Shown: piece after piece, positions 42,910-56,330 of the stretch
Layout: each line of letters starts with the position of its first letter
How positions within the stretch are numbered: the stretch's first letter is position 1
NCBI GenBank assembly: GCA_964016885.1
Contig: CAXHJY010001681.1
Location: 1 to 64,000 of the forward strand
Reading direction: 5' to 3'
DNA: 64,000 nucleotides
Origin: Eledone cirrhosa
Lineage: Eukaryota
Made by a program: the position numbers and the translations under genes
The notes under the pieces: model-generated
The model's database searches: none
The model's input: only the letters and a program-made list of their open reading frames with translations
What the model was told of the DNA's origin: nothing

Positions 42910-44360
42910 CAGTGGTTTTCAGCCAAAGTGTCATGAAAACAGATTAGAATTACCACAAACATGTTTTTCATTGTCTTTAACAAGAAATCCCATACATGAG
43001 AAGGGGAAAAAATAAAATAAAAGTGAAGGCAATAAGACATGTCCTTTTTATTTTAACTCTCAAGTAAAGCAATTCTCAGAGTAAAAGTTAACCCCATTGA
43101 ATTACAGTTTCTGAGTAATTGAGTCAATATTTTAAAATAGCCAGCTTAATATTTTGTCAGAGCTTTTGCTGTTTGCATTTCAAGTTCATCTAATGGGATT
43201 GAAAATAAAAAGGTGATTCACAGGTGGTGACAGCCTAAACAGTGAAAGTGCAACAAGAGAGCCCATGTACATCAGTAAAGGATCCTTGAGACTTAGTAAA
43301 TGAGAGTGATGACAGTGTTGACCAGCTCAAACAGTCATGTGCTCAAAAATACATGTAGGCGACAGAAGTATGGGCAGTATTTTGAATCTTATCTGTTACT
43401 CAGTTGACTTGGTATGGAAAAGAAAGCCTGTTCTTTGAGTGTCTTATTTATGCTATTCCTGAATTTCAAAAGGAAAGGCTCTATTTCACTAAAAATGTCA
43501 CGAGTCAGAAGGGAGTCTATTAAGCTAGTTTTGTTGCTTCAGAACAGATTATTATGGAGATGAACAACCACAACATTGGGGGAAACTTAATTAAGACTGT
43601 TTGTAAGAAGATGCTGTGAATTATATTTGGGAATCAGGTGGCCAATGAAACTGAAAAGAAGCCACTCTCAAATAAGGTTAGTTGTTGAGTAGAATACATA
43701 TGAGATATTAAACGAATCTTTATATGCCTTTGAAGTAGATGAAATGACAGACACAATTGGAAAATGTTACTCAATGAGATTTCTTAGGTTTGTTTAGGGA
43801 AATTTTATATCTAACCAATTTTTGTTCCTCGACCTTACTAACAGGGAAAACGGACATTAAATGATAAATGTTGATGAATGATAAAAGAACTTAACAACAG
43901 TCACAAGTAAAGATATTTTTGAAACTGTTGACTTGAGCTTCACAGCTCATAGAATACCTTGGAATAAGTGAGTTGGAATTTACATTGATGGCGCTCCAAG
44001 CATGACTGGTGTTATCAAGCAGGTTTGAAATGTCAGCAAGAAACATGAACCCAGATATAGTTACAATTGACTGTTTCATTCACCAAGAAATTCTAATGAT
44101 TAAGAAATTGAACAGTGAATTGCAAGCTGTTCTCCATGCCATTTAACATGATTCAACATGCTGTAATGTAGTAAAGTTTATTTTATTGCATTAAATATCA
44201 GTTATTTTACAAACATAAAAACCAATAAACTTCCTTTTCTCTTCTAAACTTACTATTTTCTTTATGATTGTGATAGGCAGCAATAGAAATGGGGCGCTAT
44301 GTATGTATAATATACATAATTAGGTGTTCCAAGAAAGAAAAAAAGTTCAGAACCTTTGAT
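42910..44360 (+). mobile_element. Degenerate hAT (Charlie/Buster-like) DNA transposon
   Basis: FEVDEMTD, IDGAPSMTG, CFIHQE remnants; possible TIRs CAGTGGTTTTCAGCC and GTTCAGAACCTTTG. Confidence 0.7.
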
Positions 44361-44879
44361 ATGAAGTCTCCCCTTGATATTCCTAGATACATTATACCTG
44401 AACAAAAGAACTCTTTGGTCATAGGTCTACTTAATCAGGGCTGACTTGAGATTTAACAACAAAAGTTATTTTCTTTGTGTACATAAAGTAGACTATATGA
44501 ATCATGTGTAAGAAGTGTAATACTGTATGGTAGAGAACATGGACAATGAATACAGAGGATCTACATTCACAAAACAGAAAATGGGTGGATGGAGAAGAAA
44601 AAGTGTAATTTGGAAAATGCCCAATGTTAGGTTATACAAGGTTATCTCATTTATTGAACTATGCCCAGCTATAGTTTCCACATAGTGGCAAACTCACTAC
44701 TGGACTAGAAGCAATCCAACAGCCCTGACATAAGCATCCTGTAATTATTTAGCAGAAAATGTCTAAGAATGGAGTCAGTTAATTCAAATGTTTATAAAAT
44801 CTTTACAAGCGGAAAGATCATTGTGAATATTTAGTGTAAAGACTTTATTTTTAATGTGATGCTGTCATAGTGCTGTGTT

Positions 44880-45180
44880 GTACTTTTCAAGAATGTCTTG
44901 CTAATGTAGATGTAAAAGACAAGCTCCCTTTCTTCAGTGCAGTATTCATGCTAACCCTTACCTATGGTTATGGATGTCGAGTAATGATTGAAAGAATACA
45001 ACCGTAAATACAAGCGGCTGAAATGAGGTTCCTCCAGTATTTAGAGTAACATTACTTGATGAGAGTACATAGCTCAGAGATCAGAGAGTCACTCAAGGTA
45101 GAGCTGCTAGTTCTCTGAATTGAGAGATCACAGCTCTTATAGTACGGGTATGTGGTTAGAAAGAATTGCTGGATAGATTT
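44880..45180 (+). mobile_element. Expander/RTE-type LINE 3' fragment
   Basis: LTLTYGYG..VMIER...IQAAEMRFL. Confidence 0.65.
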
Positions 45181-45949
45181 TGTAGATAATATTTCATAAT
45201 AGGGATTCAAATTGTCCATATTCTTCATTGTATGTTCCACACTATTGTCACTATGAGAATCAAGATTATACTAGAAGTGGACTGGCCCAGACAATGGATT
45301 ATACTAGGAACAGAATATTATACAAGAAAGTAAATTGCACTCTTACACTTCATTAGAAGTTGGAACTGTTGACAGTCATGTATGTTACATATAGAAGTCA
45401 CAAAGCATTCTCTAGCCATACAACTTATCAGAAACAATTTAACATCTGAGCTATGTGGTTTGCTTGGTGTTTTCTTTACAGCCTGGACCTTATAGAGCAA
45501 GGTCTGGCAGAGATGAAAACAGCTCACCAATATCTTTCCACATCACATTAGGGATCTACATAAAGTAGATCTATCACATTCAACATTCAAACAGCATTTG
45601 AACATTCTAGTGTAAGATTCCAGGAGAACCAACATCATCACAACTGACACATTAGCATTTAACAACTGACGCAGTAGCATTTACCCCAATTATTCACCTA
45701 ATAACTTATCTATGATTTTGTGTGTAGATGTGTGTGTGAATAATTGAGTTGCGAATTATCTATTTTCACCATTATTTTTTAATTAATTACTTATTATTAA
45801 TGATTTAAGTCTTATTATTTACATATTGTAGGTAGCAAAATACTGGCATATTGCTGGTACACAGCACTGATTCATACAGCCCCGCACCCGTCATTCAAAT
45901 TTTTAGTCTATTAGACAATCAGAATTACACCCTTTGGGTTGTATCCCAG

Positions 45950-46130
45950 CACCACCTATGTAGCAATATGGAGACAGCCTCTGTCTCAAAGTACCTCCAT
46001 GTAGCATCATGGAGACAGCTTCTATCTTAAACTACCATGTTGAAGCACCATGGAGATGGCCTGTTTCAAACAATCTCCATGTTGCACTGTGGAGACAGCC
46101 TTTATCTTAAACTACCTCAATGCAGCACCA
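45950..46130. repeat. ~41-bp minisatellite, about 4.5 units, with internal CTCCATG...CATGGAG dyad
   Basis: TGGAGA recurs at ~45969, 46010, 46051 and 46090. Confidence 0.8.
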
Positions 46131-46364
46131 TCTCTTTTGATATGTTCCAGATGATAACTGCCATAAAGTGTTACACAGAACATTCATAAAGCATAGAGAG
46201 GACATACTATGGTCTTGTATATGCTTCAATGCAATTCAAGCATTTTTGACATTGAATGGAGATAAAGCTGGCCAGGGACAGCAACTATTGAAGCACAGAT
46301 GAACTGTTCGGTGACTACTATGTTTAAAATGCAGTTTTTATAGTCATGTCAATATTAGTATGTA

Positions 46365-46508
46365 CTAGCAGAATGGCCCGGCGTTGCTCAGGATTTGCTC
46401 TAGGGTTCTTATATATTTGATATATATTTATCCTTATTGAGCCTCGTGAAATAAATACGTCTGTTTATATTTTGTTATTGTGTATGCAAAAATCTGTACA
46501 CAAATATA

Positions 46509-46545
<37 letters not shown>

Positions 46546-46979
46546 CAGATTAAAGTTTAAGCAAAGAATCGCTGCTTTCACGCTTAACGGGATCTTCTGA
46601 AACTAAAAAAATCAATCTGTGAACGCAGAAGTAAATATTTCGGAAAACGTTACAGACTATGTATGTGTGTATATATATATATACACACACACAGGTAGTG
46701 TCATAATGTCATAATGCAGACATACAGACAGATATTATAAGGGTGCAACGTTATATCTATGTTTCTATCTAAAAAGAAAGACTAAGAATTATAGAGAGAG
46801 ATCGCTAAATCGACTAATGCGGCCCCTAGGGCATTGAAAATTTGAAATTTCTTTTGCTCAAAACACTCACAGGACCATAAGTATTACATGTGTAAAGTTT
46901 GAAAACAATCGGTTGGGTGGTTCTCGAGTTTTAGGGAGTCAGACAGACAGACATACATTCTCTGTTTTAAATATATAGA
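46365..46979 (-). mobile_element. Non-autonomous Helitron (Lep1/Heleno-like)
   Basis: Minus strand begins TC and ends CTAG, inserted between A and T; GC-rich subterminal imperfect hairpin; (CAGA)n near the 5' end. Confidence 0.8.
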
Positions 46980-49229
46980 TGAAACACTAATGGTACACTA
47001 GTAAATAGGAAAGAACATTATTATGACTCCTTATGTAAAACAAGACTTTTTAAAGAGCATTTGAATCCAATTACTAACAACAGAAAAAAATGAATGAAAT
47101 GTTGGTGGGTTATAAAGAGTGAATACATTGCTGGCAACATACACTAGGCAAGCGCACGAAATGGAGTACTAAAGTATGGAAGATTTGTAAGGTGAACACT
47201 AGTTACCACTGTTGTTTTAATTTTTATATGATGAAGAAAGGCAGGTAATAAATGCTGACAATACCTGGTTTAGTGTATAGTAAATATGAGTGCTGTGAAT
47301 GTTTGTTTTGTTATACTACACACCAAATCAGAAATGGTGATTGCAAGACTGAACAGATGTAGTAACACTATTCAGGTCTGGCTAGTTATCCCAAAAAATA
47401 AATGTGATAAAAGCAAAAGCCTGCCAGAGAGAAACACCTCTGTATTCAGCAAATGTCCAGAAAACAGTGAAACAAGAGACTGTACAGAAAATACCAACAT
47501 CAGAAAAGGATGACTTTCTAATATGCATTCTGTAAGATTGCATTAAATAGAACTGTACAGCTTTCCATGAAAATTCTGTATAATTTAATTTCATAGAATA
47601 GCTGTTTTTTAAATTCACCTGTAAAGTGAGTGATAAATTATGCTCAATTATATTTGTGAATATCTTGTATAACTGAAACATTATTGCATATGTATTTTTG
47701 TATGTGTGTGAAAATATATTTCATTTTGTAGTTTTATTTAAACATTTTAATAAATTCCAGTATTTCATGCTATTTTAGCTTTATAGCGTACCTGCTTTAT
47801 ATGCATGCAAGTTCAATAAAGAATCTAATAGTGTGCAGAACTCTTCTATACAACAATTCAGTTATATATCACAATTGAATGTTAACTAATAACTAACTCT
47901 TGTTATATGGTGATATTCAAAGGAAATTTAAATAATTTTAAATTTCACTGAATTTACCTCTTTTTATCTGTAATTAAAGTAGTTTTAAGGCAGAAATGTC
48001 ATCATAGATTATATAATGTTTTGTTAAGTTGTCTCTCCAATGCAACATTCATGTATCAATAAACAAACAAAAAAAAACTTCTTTTACAAAACCAGTCTAA
48101 GTTCTTGATAATTTTACAATTTAACTGAGACATATAAGGAGTGTATTTTAGTTAGAAATTTAGTAGCAAACAGGATACTTGTTCGTGTGTGTGTGTGTGT
48201 GTGTACACATACATTCCTATTAGTGCATATATACGTATGTGTGTGTGAGTAAAATGTGTGCGTGGATCATTTGTCTGAGATGATTGGCAGGTAATTTGAG
48301 CAGGAATTAGTTTTTGGAAGGAATCCATGGTGTGAAATGCCATCATCTAGCTTTGTTGGTGATATTCTAGTAAACGCATAAGATGTAGCAATGATGATAT
48401 GCAACAAGGGATGGCTAGGTTAATCTGTAGAAGCTGAAGCTAGGTTGCAGCAACAATTAATTCTGTCGCAAGAATTTGACACCATATTGATTGCAGTGAG
48501 GTTGATGTCAAAACTTATTTTTCTCACCTGAAAGATGGAATATGTAACATTGCTGCTGCTGTGGTGGTAATAGTGAGGTTGGGGATAAGGAGTATTGTGG
48601 TGGTGGCAGCATAGGTGAGTAAGTGGTGGTTGGTGGTGGCATAGGTGAGTAGATGGGGGTGGTGGCATAGGTGACAGTTGAGTTGGTGGTAGTGGTGATG
48701 GGTATTGTGGTGGTGGTGTTGGTGGGTATGGGTGTAAGAGACTTAAATTGTCTGGTTTTATCTCAAACTGTAGAAAATAGTCTAAGTGGAGGTTGAAAGG
48801 TGGGAAATGTTTCCTCTTGTTGTGAGCAATATTTTGGCAGGTTTCCATCAGACAGACATCTTTTGACAACAGTTTATGACAGTGGTTAACACAAATTCCT
48901 ATTTCTCACCATTTCCAACAGCAATCCTTTCAAGTTTTTGTTACTTTTAATATTTCAGCCCAACTTATACATATTAATGAGCAGGAGTTTCTCCCTCTCT
49001 CACTCCCATGTGTGTGTCCTTTTATTACTCTCCCCACTTAAATGTAACATTTGAAAAATATGTTAACAGTTTCTGGTGCCAATTAATAATATATAATTGT
49101 TGCAAGCAAAACAGAATTGTTTCAGTGATCTTGCATTCTTCTATCACAAAATGGATCTATTTGGTCAATATAGAACAGGAAAGCATCATTAATTACTCCA
49201 AACTTCATTCTGCCATGGTGTGTGTGTGT

Positions 49230-49655
49230 GTCTTCTTTTTTGCCCACTTCTTCTTGGGAAGGTAGGGTCGTTGGGATAGCATCCTCAAACCTACCTTCCA
49301 GTGGGTCCTGTCAGAAGCAATTGTCTCCAATTGATCCAGCTGGATCCCCAAATAAGACCAGCTGAGCTCATAGATGTTATCCAACGATCTTACTCAGGGT
49401 CTACCCTGGGTCTCTTTCCAGTTGGTTTTGCCTGTAAAATCTGTCCAGTGTTTCGTTCTTAGACATTCTGACCACATGTCCATAGTTGTGATCTCTCAAT
49501 TTGGAGGAGGAGTGGCTCTACCTGAAGTGACTCGCTGATCTCTAAGCTACACACTATCAAGTCATGTTATCCCAAAGACACTTCGGAGGCATCCCATTTC
49601 GGCCACTTGTATTCATGATCATATTTTTTCAACCATTACTCAATGACTGTAGCTA
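49230..49655 (-). mobile_element. Expander/RTE-type LINE 3' fragment
   Basis: Same family as 44880-45180 on the opposite strand; (GAA)-type tail. Confidence 0.6.
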
Positions 49656-49821
49656 GATCCAAACAGTTCGATTCTAGCTGTCGAAATGGCCAGAGCTCAT
49701 CTGTTGGAGTCCTGACTCTTTTCCTATTACCCACTCTACTACCCTAAGTATCGAGTACTCTGGTGTGTCATGGTCCACCTGGTATCTTACCACAATTTCT
49801 TTGTTTTATATATATATATAT

Positions 49822-50108
49822 GTTAACCTTGGTCTTCCTCTTCCAGTGTGTCCATGTAGGGGCTCCCACAGGAGCACTGAGTGCAATGTCAACTCTGGAT
49901 GTCGGTGAGCATGTCCAGCTAACCTCAGTCTCCTCTGTGTCACTTTTGAGCTGACTTTTGGGTGGTTAACGATGTTGATGCCCTAAGGACAGACACTGGT
50001 CTGTTGGAGACGCAGGACATGGCAGCGATAATGAGGGACAGAGACCGCTGGAGAGAACTCGTCCATGGATCTCGGGAATTTTACCCGCCCTAGATATATA
50101 TATATATA
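49822..50108 (+). mobile_element. Short RTE (BovB-like) insertion with 5' inversion and (TA)n tail
   Basis: 49822-49963 antisense encodes KVTQRRLRLAGHAHRHPE...WEP...GRGRPRL; 49964-50093 sense continues VDALRTDTGL...DRDRWR. Confidence 0.85.
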
Positions 50109-50109
50109 C

Positions 50110-53100
50110 TTAAGGTAAACATTGATGCAATTCAATTCAAGCACTCAACGTACTTTTTCCACATAGGAGCGACGGAGTATATATCGAATAAGAAAAATCA
50201 AAGTAGTTTCAGATCTTAAAGTCCTTTAATGATAATGCTGTGATACATATTTCAATGACGACAGTGGCCACACGCTTCGGTGTACCCAGTCTCGTGACAT
50301 CATCAGACAGCTTCTTACATAAGAAGTTATGTTTCCAAGGCAATCCAAATTGAATCAACAGGGGAACGGACAAAGCATGTGCTCTTGAATCCTTCGTCCG
50401 TTCCCTTGTGAGGCCCAATTCACTCCAACTGGTCTGCGCAGGCGCAAGTCCGAAGGAAGTTGACCATCCACTACCCCAAAGTTCTACGAAACTCCCGTAG
50501 GCAGGTCCCCCTCTCAACCAAACGATGACCCCTATCAATTCAATTTGAATTGCCTCGAATATATACCCCGAATTAATAAATGAATATGAATCCGCGAATT
50601 ACCAAGCATCTATACAAAGCTTCAATTCAGAGACAGGAAGCATACACACTCCTCCACAAAAATTCACCGTTTCCCACGAGTGATGGCAAATGCCCAAAAC
50701 TCAGAGTTGGCACCATCAATGTAAGCACAATGAATGGAAGAGCAGGAGAAATTGTAGAGATGCTAGAGCGAAAGGAAATTGATGTGCCCGTGTGCAAGAG
50801 ACTAGATGGAGAGGAGAGTCCGCTATAGTCCTTGTAGGTAAAAGTCAGTGCTATAAATTTTTCTGGGTGGGAAATAACAACGGGATAGGTGGTGTAGGTA
50901 TACTATTAGCCGACGAATGGGTAGATAAGGTAATCTCAGTGAACAGGGTGAATACAAGAATCATTAAACTCAGACTAATCCTGAATAAAACAATTGCCAC
51001 AATAATATCAGCTCACACACCCCAATCGGGGTTGCCAAATGAACTTGAGGATAGATTTTACAAGTCCCTAACAAATGACAATGACTTACTAATCATTGCA
51101 GGAAATTTTAATGGACACGCTGGTAAACACCGGGATGGCTTCTATAGAGTCCACGGAGGACACAGATTTGACACAAGAAATGAAGAAGGCTTCAGGCTTC
51201 TAGAATTCTGCAATGCCAATGACATGTTGATATGTAACACAAACTTAAAAAAACCCGACAACCATCTGATCACCTATAGATAAGGAGAGCATTCTAGTCA
51301 GATAGCTTTTATCCTCATCAGAGGACACGATAGATGGACGGTTGTAAACACAAAAGCCTTCCCTGGTGAGGAATGTACCTCCCAACATGTGTACTTAGCA
51401 AGAAGGGAAGCGGAGGTTAGAAAATTCAAGCATGTTTTGCAACGTGAGGACCTGAAGCAGGAGGTGTTCAAAATTGTGAGGCATGTGTCAGAGAGAATTG
51501 TGATGTCATTGGAGAGAGGCGTATCTGGAATGATAAAGGTGAGCTTGCCCTCACAAGTGCTGAGAAGAAAGATGTGTAGAAGAGCAATTATGAAAGATTA
51601 CTAAATTAGGAGAATGCATGGGAAAAAGAGACCGTACCCCAAGTGGACTCTATAGATGGGCCAGCAGGTCAAGTGAGCTGCAGCATAGTAAGTAAGGCAA
51701 TCAAAGATATGAAGACTGGGAAGGCAACCGGTCCATCGGGTATAGCTGCCGAGATGCTGAAGGCATGGGTCGGTAGGTCATACCATAACCACACGTACTG
51801 TTAACTAGGTAATACTAGAGGGTGTCATACCAAAGGATTGGCGCAGCAGCATCATTGTCAACTGCTACAAGGGTAAAGGTGATGCACTAGATAGAGGAAA
51901 CTATAGAGGTATAAAGCTGATGGACCAGGGCATGAAAGTAATGGAAAGAGTTATAGCACAGTTGATTAGGGACTGGGTAAAACTAGATGAGATACAATTT
52001 GGGTTTGTGCCAGGAAAAGGCACCACTGACGCCCTCTTTCTTGTGAGGCAGTTACAGGAAAAGTACCTAGCTAAAATTAAGCTGCTCTAACTGGCATTCG
52101 TCGATCTGGAAAAAGCCTTCGGCAGAGTCCCCCATGCTATAATCTGGTGGGCTCTTAGAAAACTAGGAGTAGATGAATAGCTTGTGAAAGCTGTACAAGC
52201 CATGTATAGGGGAGAAGTCAGCAAAGTTAGGGTTAGCAATGACTATAGCAAGGAATTTAGCATACAGGTCGGTGTCCACCAGGGCTCTGTTCTTAGCCCT
52301 CTCCTGTTCATTACAGTTTTGCAAGCAATAACGGAGGAGTTTAAGATCGGATGCCCATAGGAACTCCTATATGTGGATGATCTCACACATAGCTGAAGCT
52401 ATGGTGGAACTAAAGAAGAAATTCCAAACATGGAAGCAGGGACTAGAAAGAAAGGGTCTCGAAGTCAACCTAACAAAGACTAAGGTCCTTGTAAGTAGAC
52501 GAGAAAACAGAACCCCTCTGGGAAATGGCCTTGCTCAGTATGTAGGAAAGATGTAGGTAGGAACTCCATTCTCTGCCCCAAATGCAAACAATGGGTACAT
52601 AAGAGATGTAGTGGGATCTCAGGAAGCTTAACTAAGAATGTAGGCTTCACATGTAGCAACTGTGCTGTGACAGCAAGCAGCAAACAGCCACAGGAAACAA
52701 GTACCACCAAACTCTGGGAAGACTCTGTAGAAACAGTAGACAGCTTCTGCTACCCAGGTGACTGAATTAGCAGCGGAGGTGGGTGTTCAGAAAGTACAAT
52801 AACTAGGGCAAGAACGGGATGGAAGAAGTTCAGGGAGCTACTGCCACTGCTAGCTGCAAAAGGCTTCTCCCTCAAAATGAAAGGCAGACTGTATGATGCT
52901 TATATATGAACAGCAATGTTACATGGTAGTGAGACCTGGGCTTGAGACTGGTTGCATTGGTATGGACATGTGATGCGTATGAAGGATGACAGCTGCATAA
53001 AAAGCTGCAGAGCACTAGAAGTCGATGGAAGCCGCGGAATGGGGAAACCCAAGAAGACCAGGGATGAGGTGATAAAAGCCGACCTTACCCAATTGCACCT

Positions 53101-53482
53101 CTCAAAGGTGATGACACATGACCATGACCTCTGGCGTCACACAGTAATACAGAAGACCTGACTTCCAATGGGTACAAGCCGAAGCTGAAGCATATAGACA
53201 GTACGCCCCAACCCCCTCACATTGCAAAGTGGTCGTGGAGGTGCCACATCAAAAAAGCACCCAGCCCACACTGTAAAGTGGACGTGTAGGCGCCACAGAA
53301 AAAAAGCACCCAGCACTCACTGTAAATGAGGTTCGTGTTAGGAAGGGCATCCAGCTGTAGAAATCAAGCCAGAATCAGTTCCCGTATGAGCAAGACAAGG
53401 TCGGCCGACCAGACACTGCCCACAACAGGACAACCCGTCTAACCCATGCTAGTGTGGAAGAAAGGACGTAAAATGATGATGA
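50110..53482 (+). mobile_element. Older near-full-length RTE copy (pseudogenised, internal deletions) with a different 5' region
   Basis: Collinear with the 1039-aa ORF from ~50580; stops, frameshifts, deletions at ~51388 and ~52942; 5' boundary uncertain. Confidence 0.9.
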
Positions 53483-53582
53483 CCCTTGCAAGCAGGGAAG
53501 AGTGGACGTAAAATGATGATGATGATGATGATGATAACCCATGCAAACATGTAATAGTGGACTTAAAAATGATGATGATGAG
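53483..53582 (+). repeat. Two further stacked RTE/SINE 3' termini, each with a (GAT)n tail
   Basis: CCCWTGCAA...GGACKTAAAA...(TGA)n repeated. Confidence 0.75.
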
Positions 53583-54130
53583 TGTGAGAGAGAGTAGGCA
53601 ATGTATTTGTTTTGCAAGACTTTTTTTTATATAAAATTATGTGTTGAAACAGATATTGTTATATTTGGGGAGGGCCATGTTGTCCTAATATTGCCAAAAA
53701 ATAGTAAAACACACTGTTTGGTTTGGTTTTCAGCATATTTTTATATTGCTATATATTTTCATAAGTAATTTAGCTGGCAACCAATGTTTATCCTTGATTG
53801 ACCAACAGTCAAAATTATAAATATAAATACAATGTGACATCTTCAGTGATTATTGGTGTGTTTTCTCCCGTTGTGTACCTATAATGTTTTTTTTTTGTCT
53901 GTGTGCATGTATTCCATTTGGTGTGTGTTCGTATCTGAGTCTGCGTGTGTGTTTTTAATCTATCTTTGGTCATTAGTGTGTGTTTGTGTGTGGGTGTTGT
54001 TATTGTATCTGTGTATATTTATATTCTATCTTAGATCACTAGTGTGTCTTTGTGTTTGGTTGTTGTAATTTCATTCATGTTTTCTGTTCAACCTAGGTTT
54101 TCTTAATTATATTTATGTAGCCTCCTTAAT

Positions 54131-54496
54131 TTATTTAATTGTTGAATCATTCCTATGTTTAGATGTTATTTTAACTTCTATGTTGTCTATCTTACCATCA
54201 TGTTTTAGTCTGGCGTATTCATATAGTAGCGAATTGTCTTTTTGTTCTTTTAGTTCACTCCAGTGTTCATCTATTCTCTTTCCTATGATACAGGCTGTCT
54301 CTCTTATGTACATTGTTGTCATGTTTCTGCAGGCACCCTCTGTACATCTTATGCTATAGACTACATTTCTAGTTTTACAATTTATTTGTGGACTTACTCT
54401 ACATATTACACATTTCTTATTTGTACAACGGATTTTCTTAACGGGGTAAGTTTTACTGATCAGGGATTTTATGGTAGTTCCTGGCTTTTCTACCAC
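54131..54496 (-). mobile_element. Penelope-like GIY-YIG endonuclease fragment
   Basis: CKTRNVVYSIRC...MYIRET...RIDEH. Confidence 0.8.
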
Positions 54497-54879
54497 TTTG
54501 ATATTTAAATAGGTTTTTTCTTATGTATGTATATTTATCTATATGTGTGTGTGTTTATATGTATGTGTAAAAGCAAAGAGATAACCGAATAGTTCCCCCC
54601 ACACTATTTTCATACCTTTAGCCTTATATAGTAAGGCAATACTGCCAAACATCACCTGTGGGTCATAGTCATTGTGCAACTAGCAGGTTTTTTTACTTGC
54701 AGCACTTCAAGGCAAAGTCTAGAACATTTGCTACAACAGTCAGAGATCTTCTTTATGATGATGATTGTAACTTGGTTGCATATTCAAAAAGTAACCTGCA
54801 GGATATTGTGTTTGTACTGTAATGGGCACATAAGTTTGTCCAAAACAAACATGTTCACTCCTACTCCTGTGAATCGTTA

Positions 54880-55290
54880 TTATTGAACCATCAATATTTG
54901 TATATAGTATGACACTACCTGTGGTTAATCAGTTCTTTTACATTGGTAGTACAATTTCAAGTTTTGCTATTTTGGATTAGGAAATTTGGAGAAAAATAGA
55001 AAGGACTTGTGTGGCTTTCAATAAGTTAGAAGATTGAACGTGGTCGCAAAGAGATACACCCCTAAGCATTAAATTGAGTGTTTATAAAGTTAGAGTCATT
55101 ACAGCACTTCTTTATATTGCCCATCAATGTGTTCTGCTTGAATGTTTTTACCAGAACTCCCTAAGATATTTATTAGGCATCCCAATACGGGAGGAAGTAC
55201 TTAAATGGTTCAAGTGTTTAAGCATTAAGATATACCTCATAAAATGTAAATTGAGATGTGCTGGTCATATAATACAACTAAATGATTGAT
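54880..55290 (+). mobile_element. Degenerate BovB-like RTE fragment
   Basis: VVNQFFYIGSTIS, KLSVYK, KLRCAGHI. Confidence 0.6.
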
Positions 55291-55439
55291 GGCTAAAAAA
55301 TAAAAAAAAACAAGCTTTGATGTAAATTTAATGAACCACAGGAGATCAGTTAGAATTGAACTGCCACCAGCTAGATAGCAGACAGCAGTGCTGGTATTGC
55401 TCAACAGTGAGAGTGATATAAGAAACCTTAACACAAGCC

Positions 55440-56330
55440 TCATGAAGAAATATAAAAATTGTTTGAAAACTGACCTAAGAGAACAGATACAGTGAGAGTA
55501 GCAACAAACATACCAACATGGTGGAATTCCAGAGAGTTCTCACCGAGAACAGCAACCCTACTTCTCTCATCAAACAGCGAAATGCTAAAGAAGCAAAACT
55601 TAAAGAACAAGGAAGACATGCACCCTAGAGGTAACATATGCTACCAAAAGCTGCTGCATTTCAATAGAAAGATAATTGCTGCCCTCAGACAAGCCATCCA
55701 TAGAGAGGGCCAGAAATTGCAGCTGGTCCACTCAGGACCTTCACTGAGGAGACTATTCTAAAGACATCAACCTGCATACAACGGTATATGCACACTTCCT
55801 AATTGTCCCATTAACAATGCAGAATAGTGCATCAGAATGTATGTAGTATACAATGTCAACAATGTAGCTCCCCATACATCGGAAAAAACCATTCAGATGC
55901 TATACATAAGGATCAAGGAGCACATGACAGCAATAGTCAAAATATACCTCGATGGATACCACAGCTGAAACATTAAGGACACCATAGAGGTGATGAAAAG
56001 GAATGTGAGAAATTTAAGAATCAAAGAGGCTATTATCATCAACAAAAAAAACCCCACCAATAAATAATAGATTAGAAATGCATGAAGCAGAGTGGCTACT
56101 ATAATTGCTCCATGTAAGTGTATTTTAAACAATTAGACCAGGTAGGGAAGAACACACCAATCCTTCATTAACCTTTAAACTGGCTTCATTTTTATATTTG
56201 AAAAGAGGGTTATAGCCTTGATATATTATCTTGAAATATATTGGGTAAAAACATTACTTTATTTTGTTTTATTTGTCATCCTTTGCCCTTTATATATTTT
56301 TACCACATTGTACAAACTTTCTGAAACATG
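55440..56330 (+). mobile_element. Degenerate Penelope-like 3' fragment related to 24400-25320
   Basis: LYIRIKEHM; shared AAACATTACTTT...TTTTATTTGTCATCCTTT tail. Confidence 0.65.

Noticed and set aside
45950-46130. CRISPR-like palindromic repeats
   Set aside because: Whole units are homologous (no spacers) and there are no cas genes
48420-48869. 149-aa Pro/His-rich ORF
   Set aside because: Derives from GGT-rich simple repeats; no recognisable domain
53770-53850. Hammerhead ribozyme (CTGAAGA on the minus strand) downstream of the Penelope fragment; also CTGATGA at 29025, ~59905 and 60031
   Set aside because: No correctly placed GAAA and stems could be built
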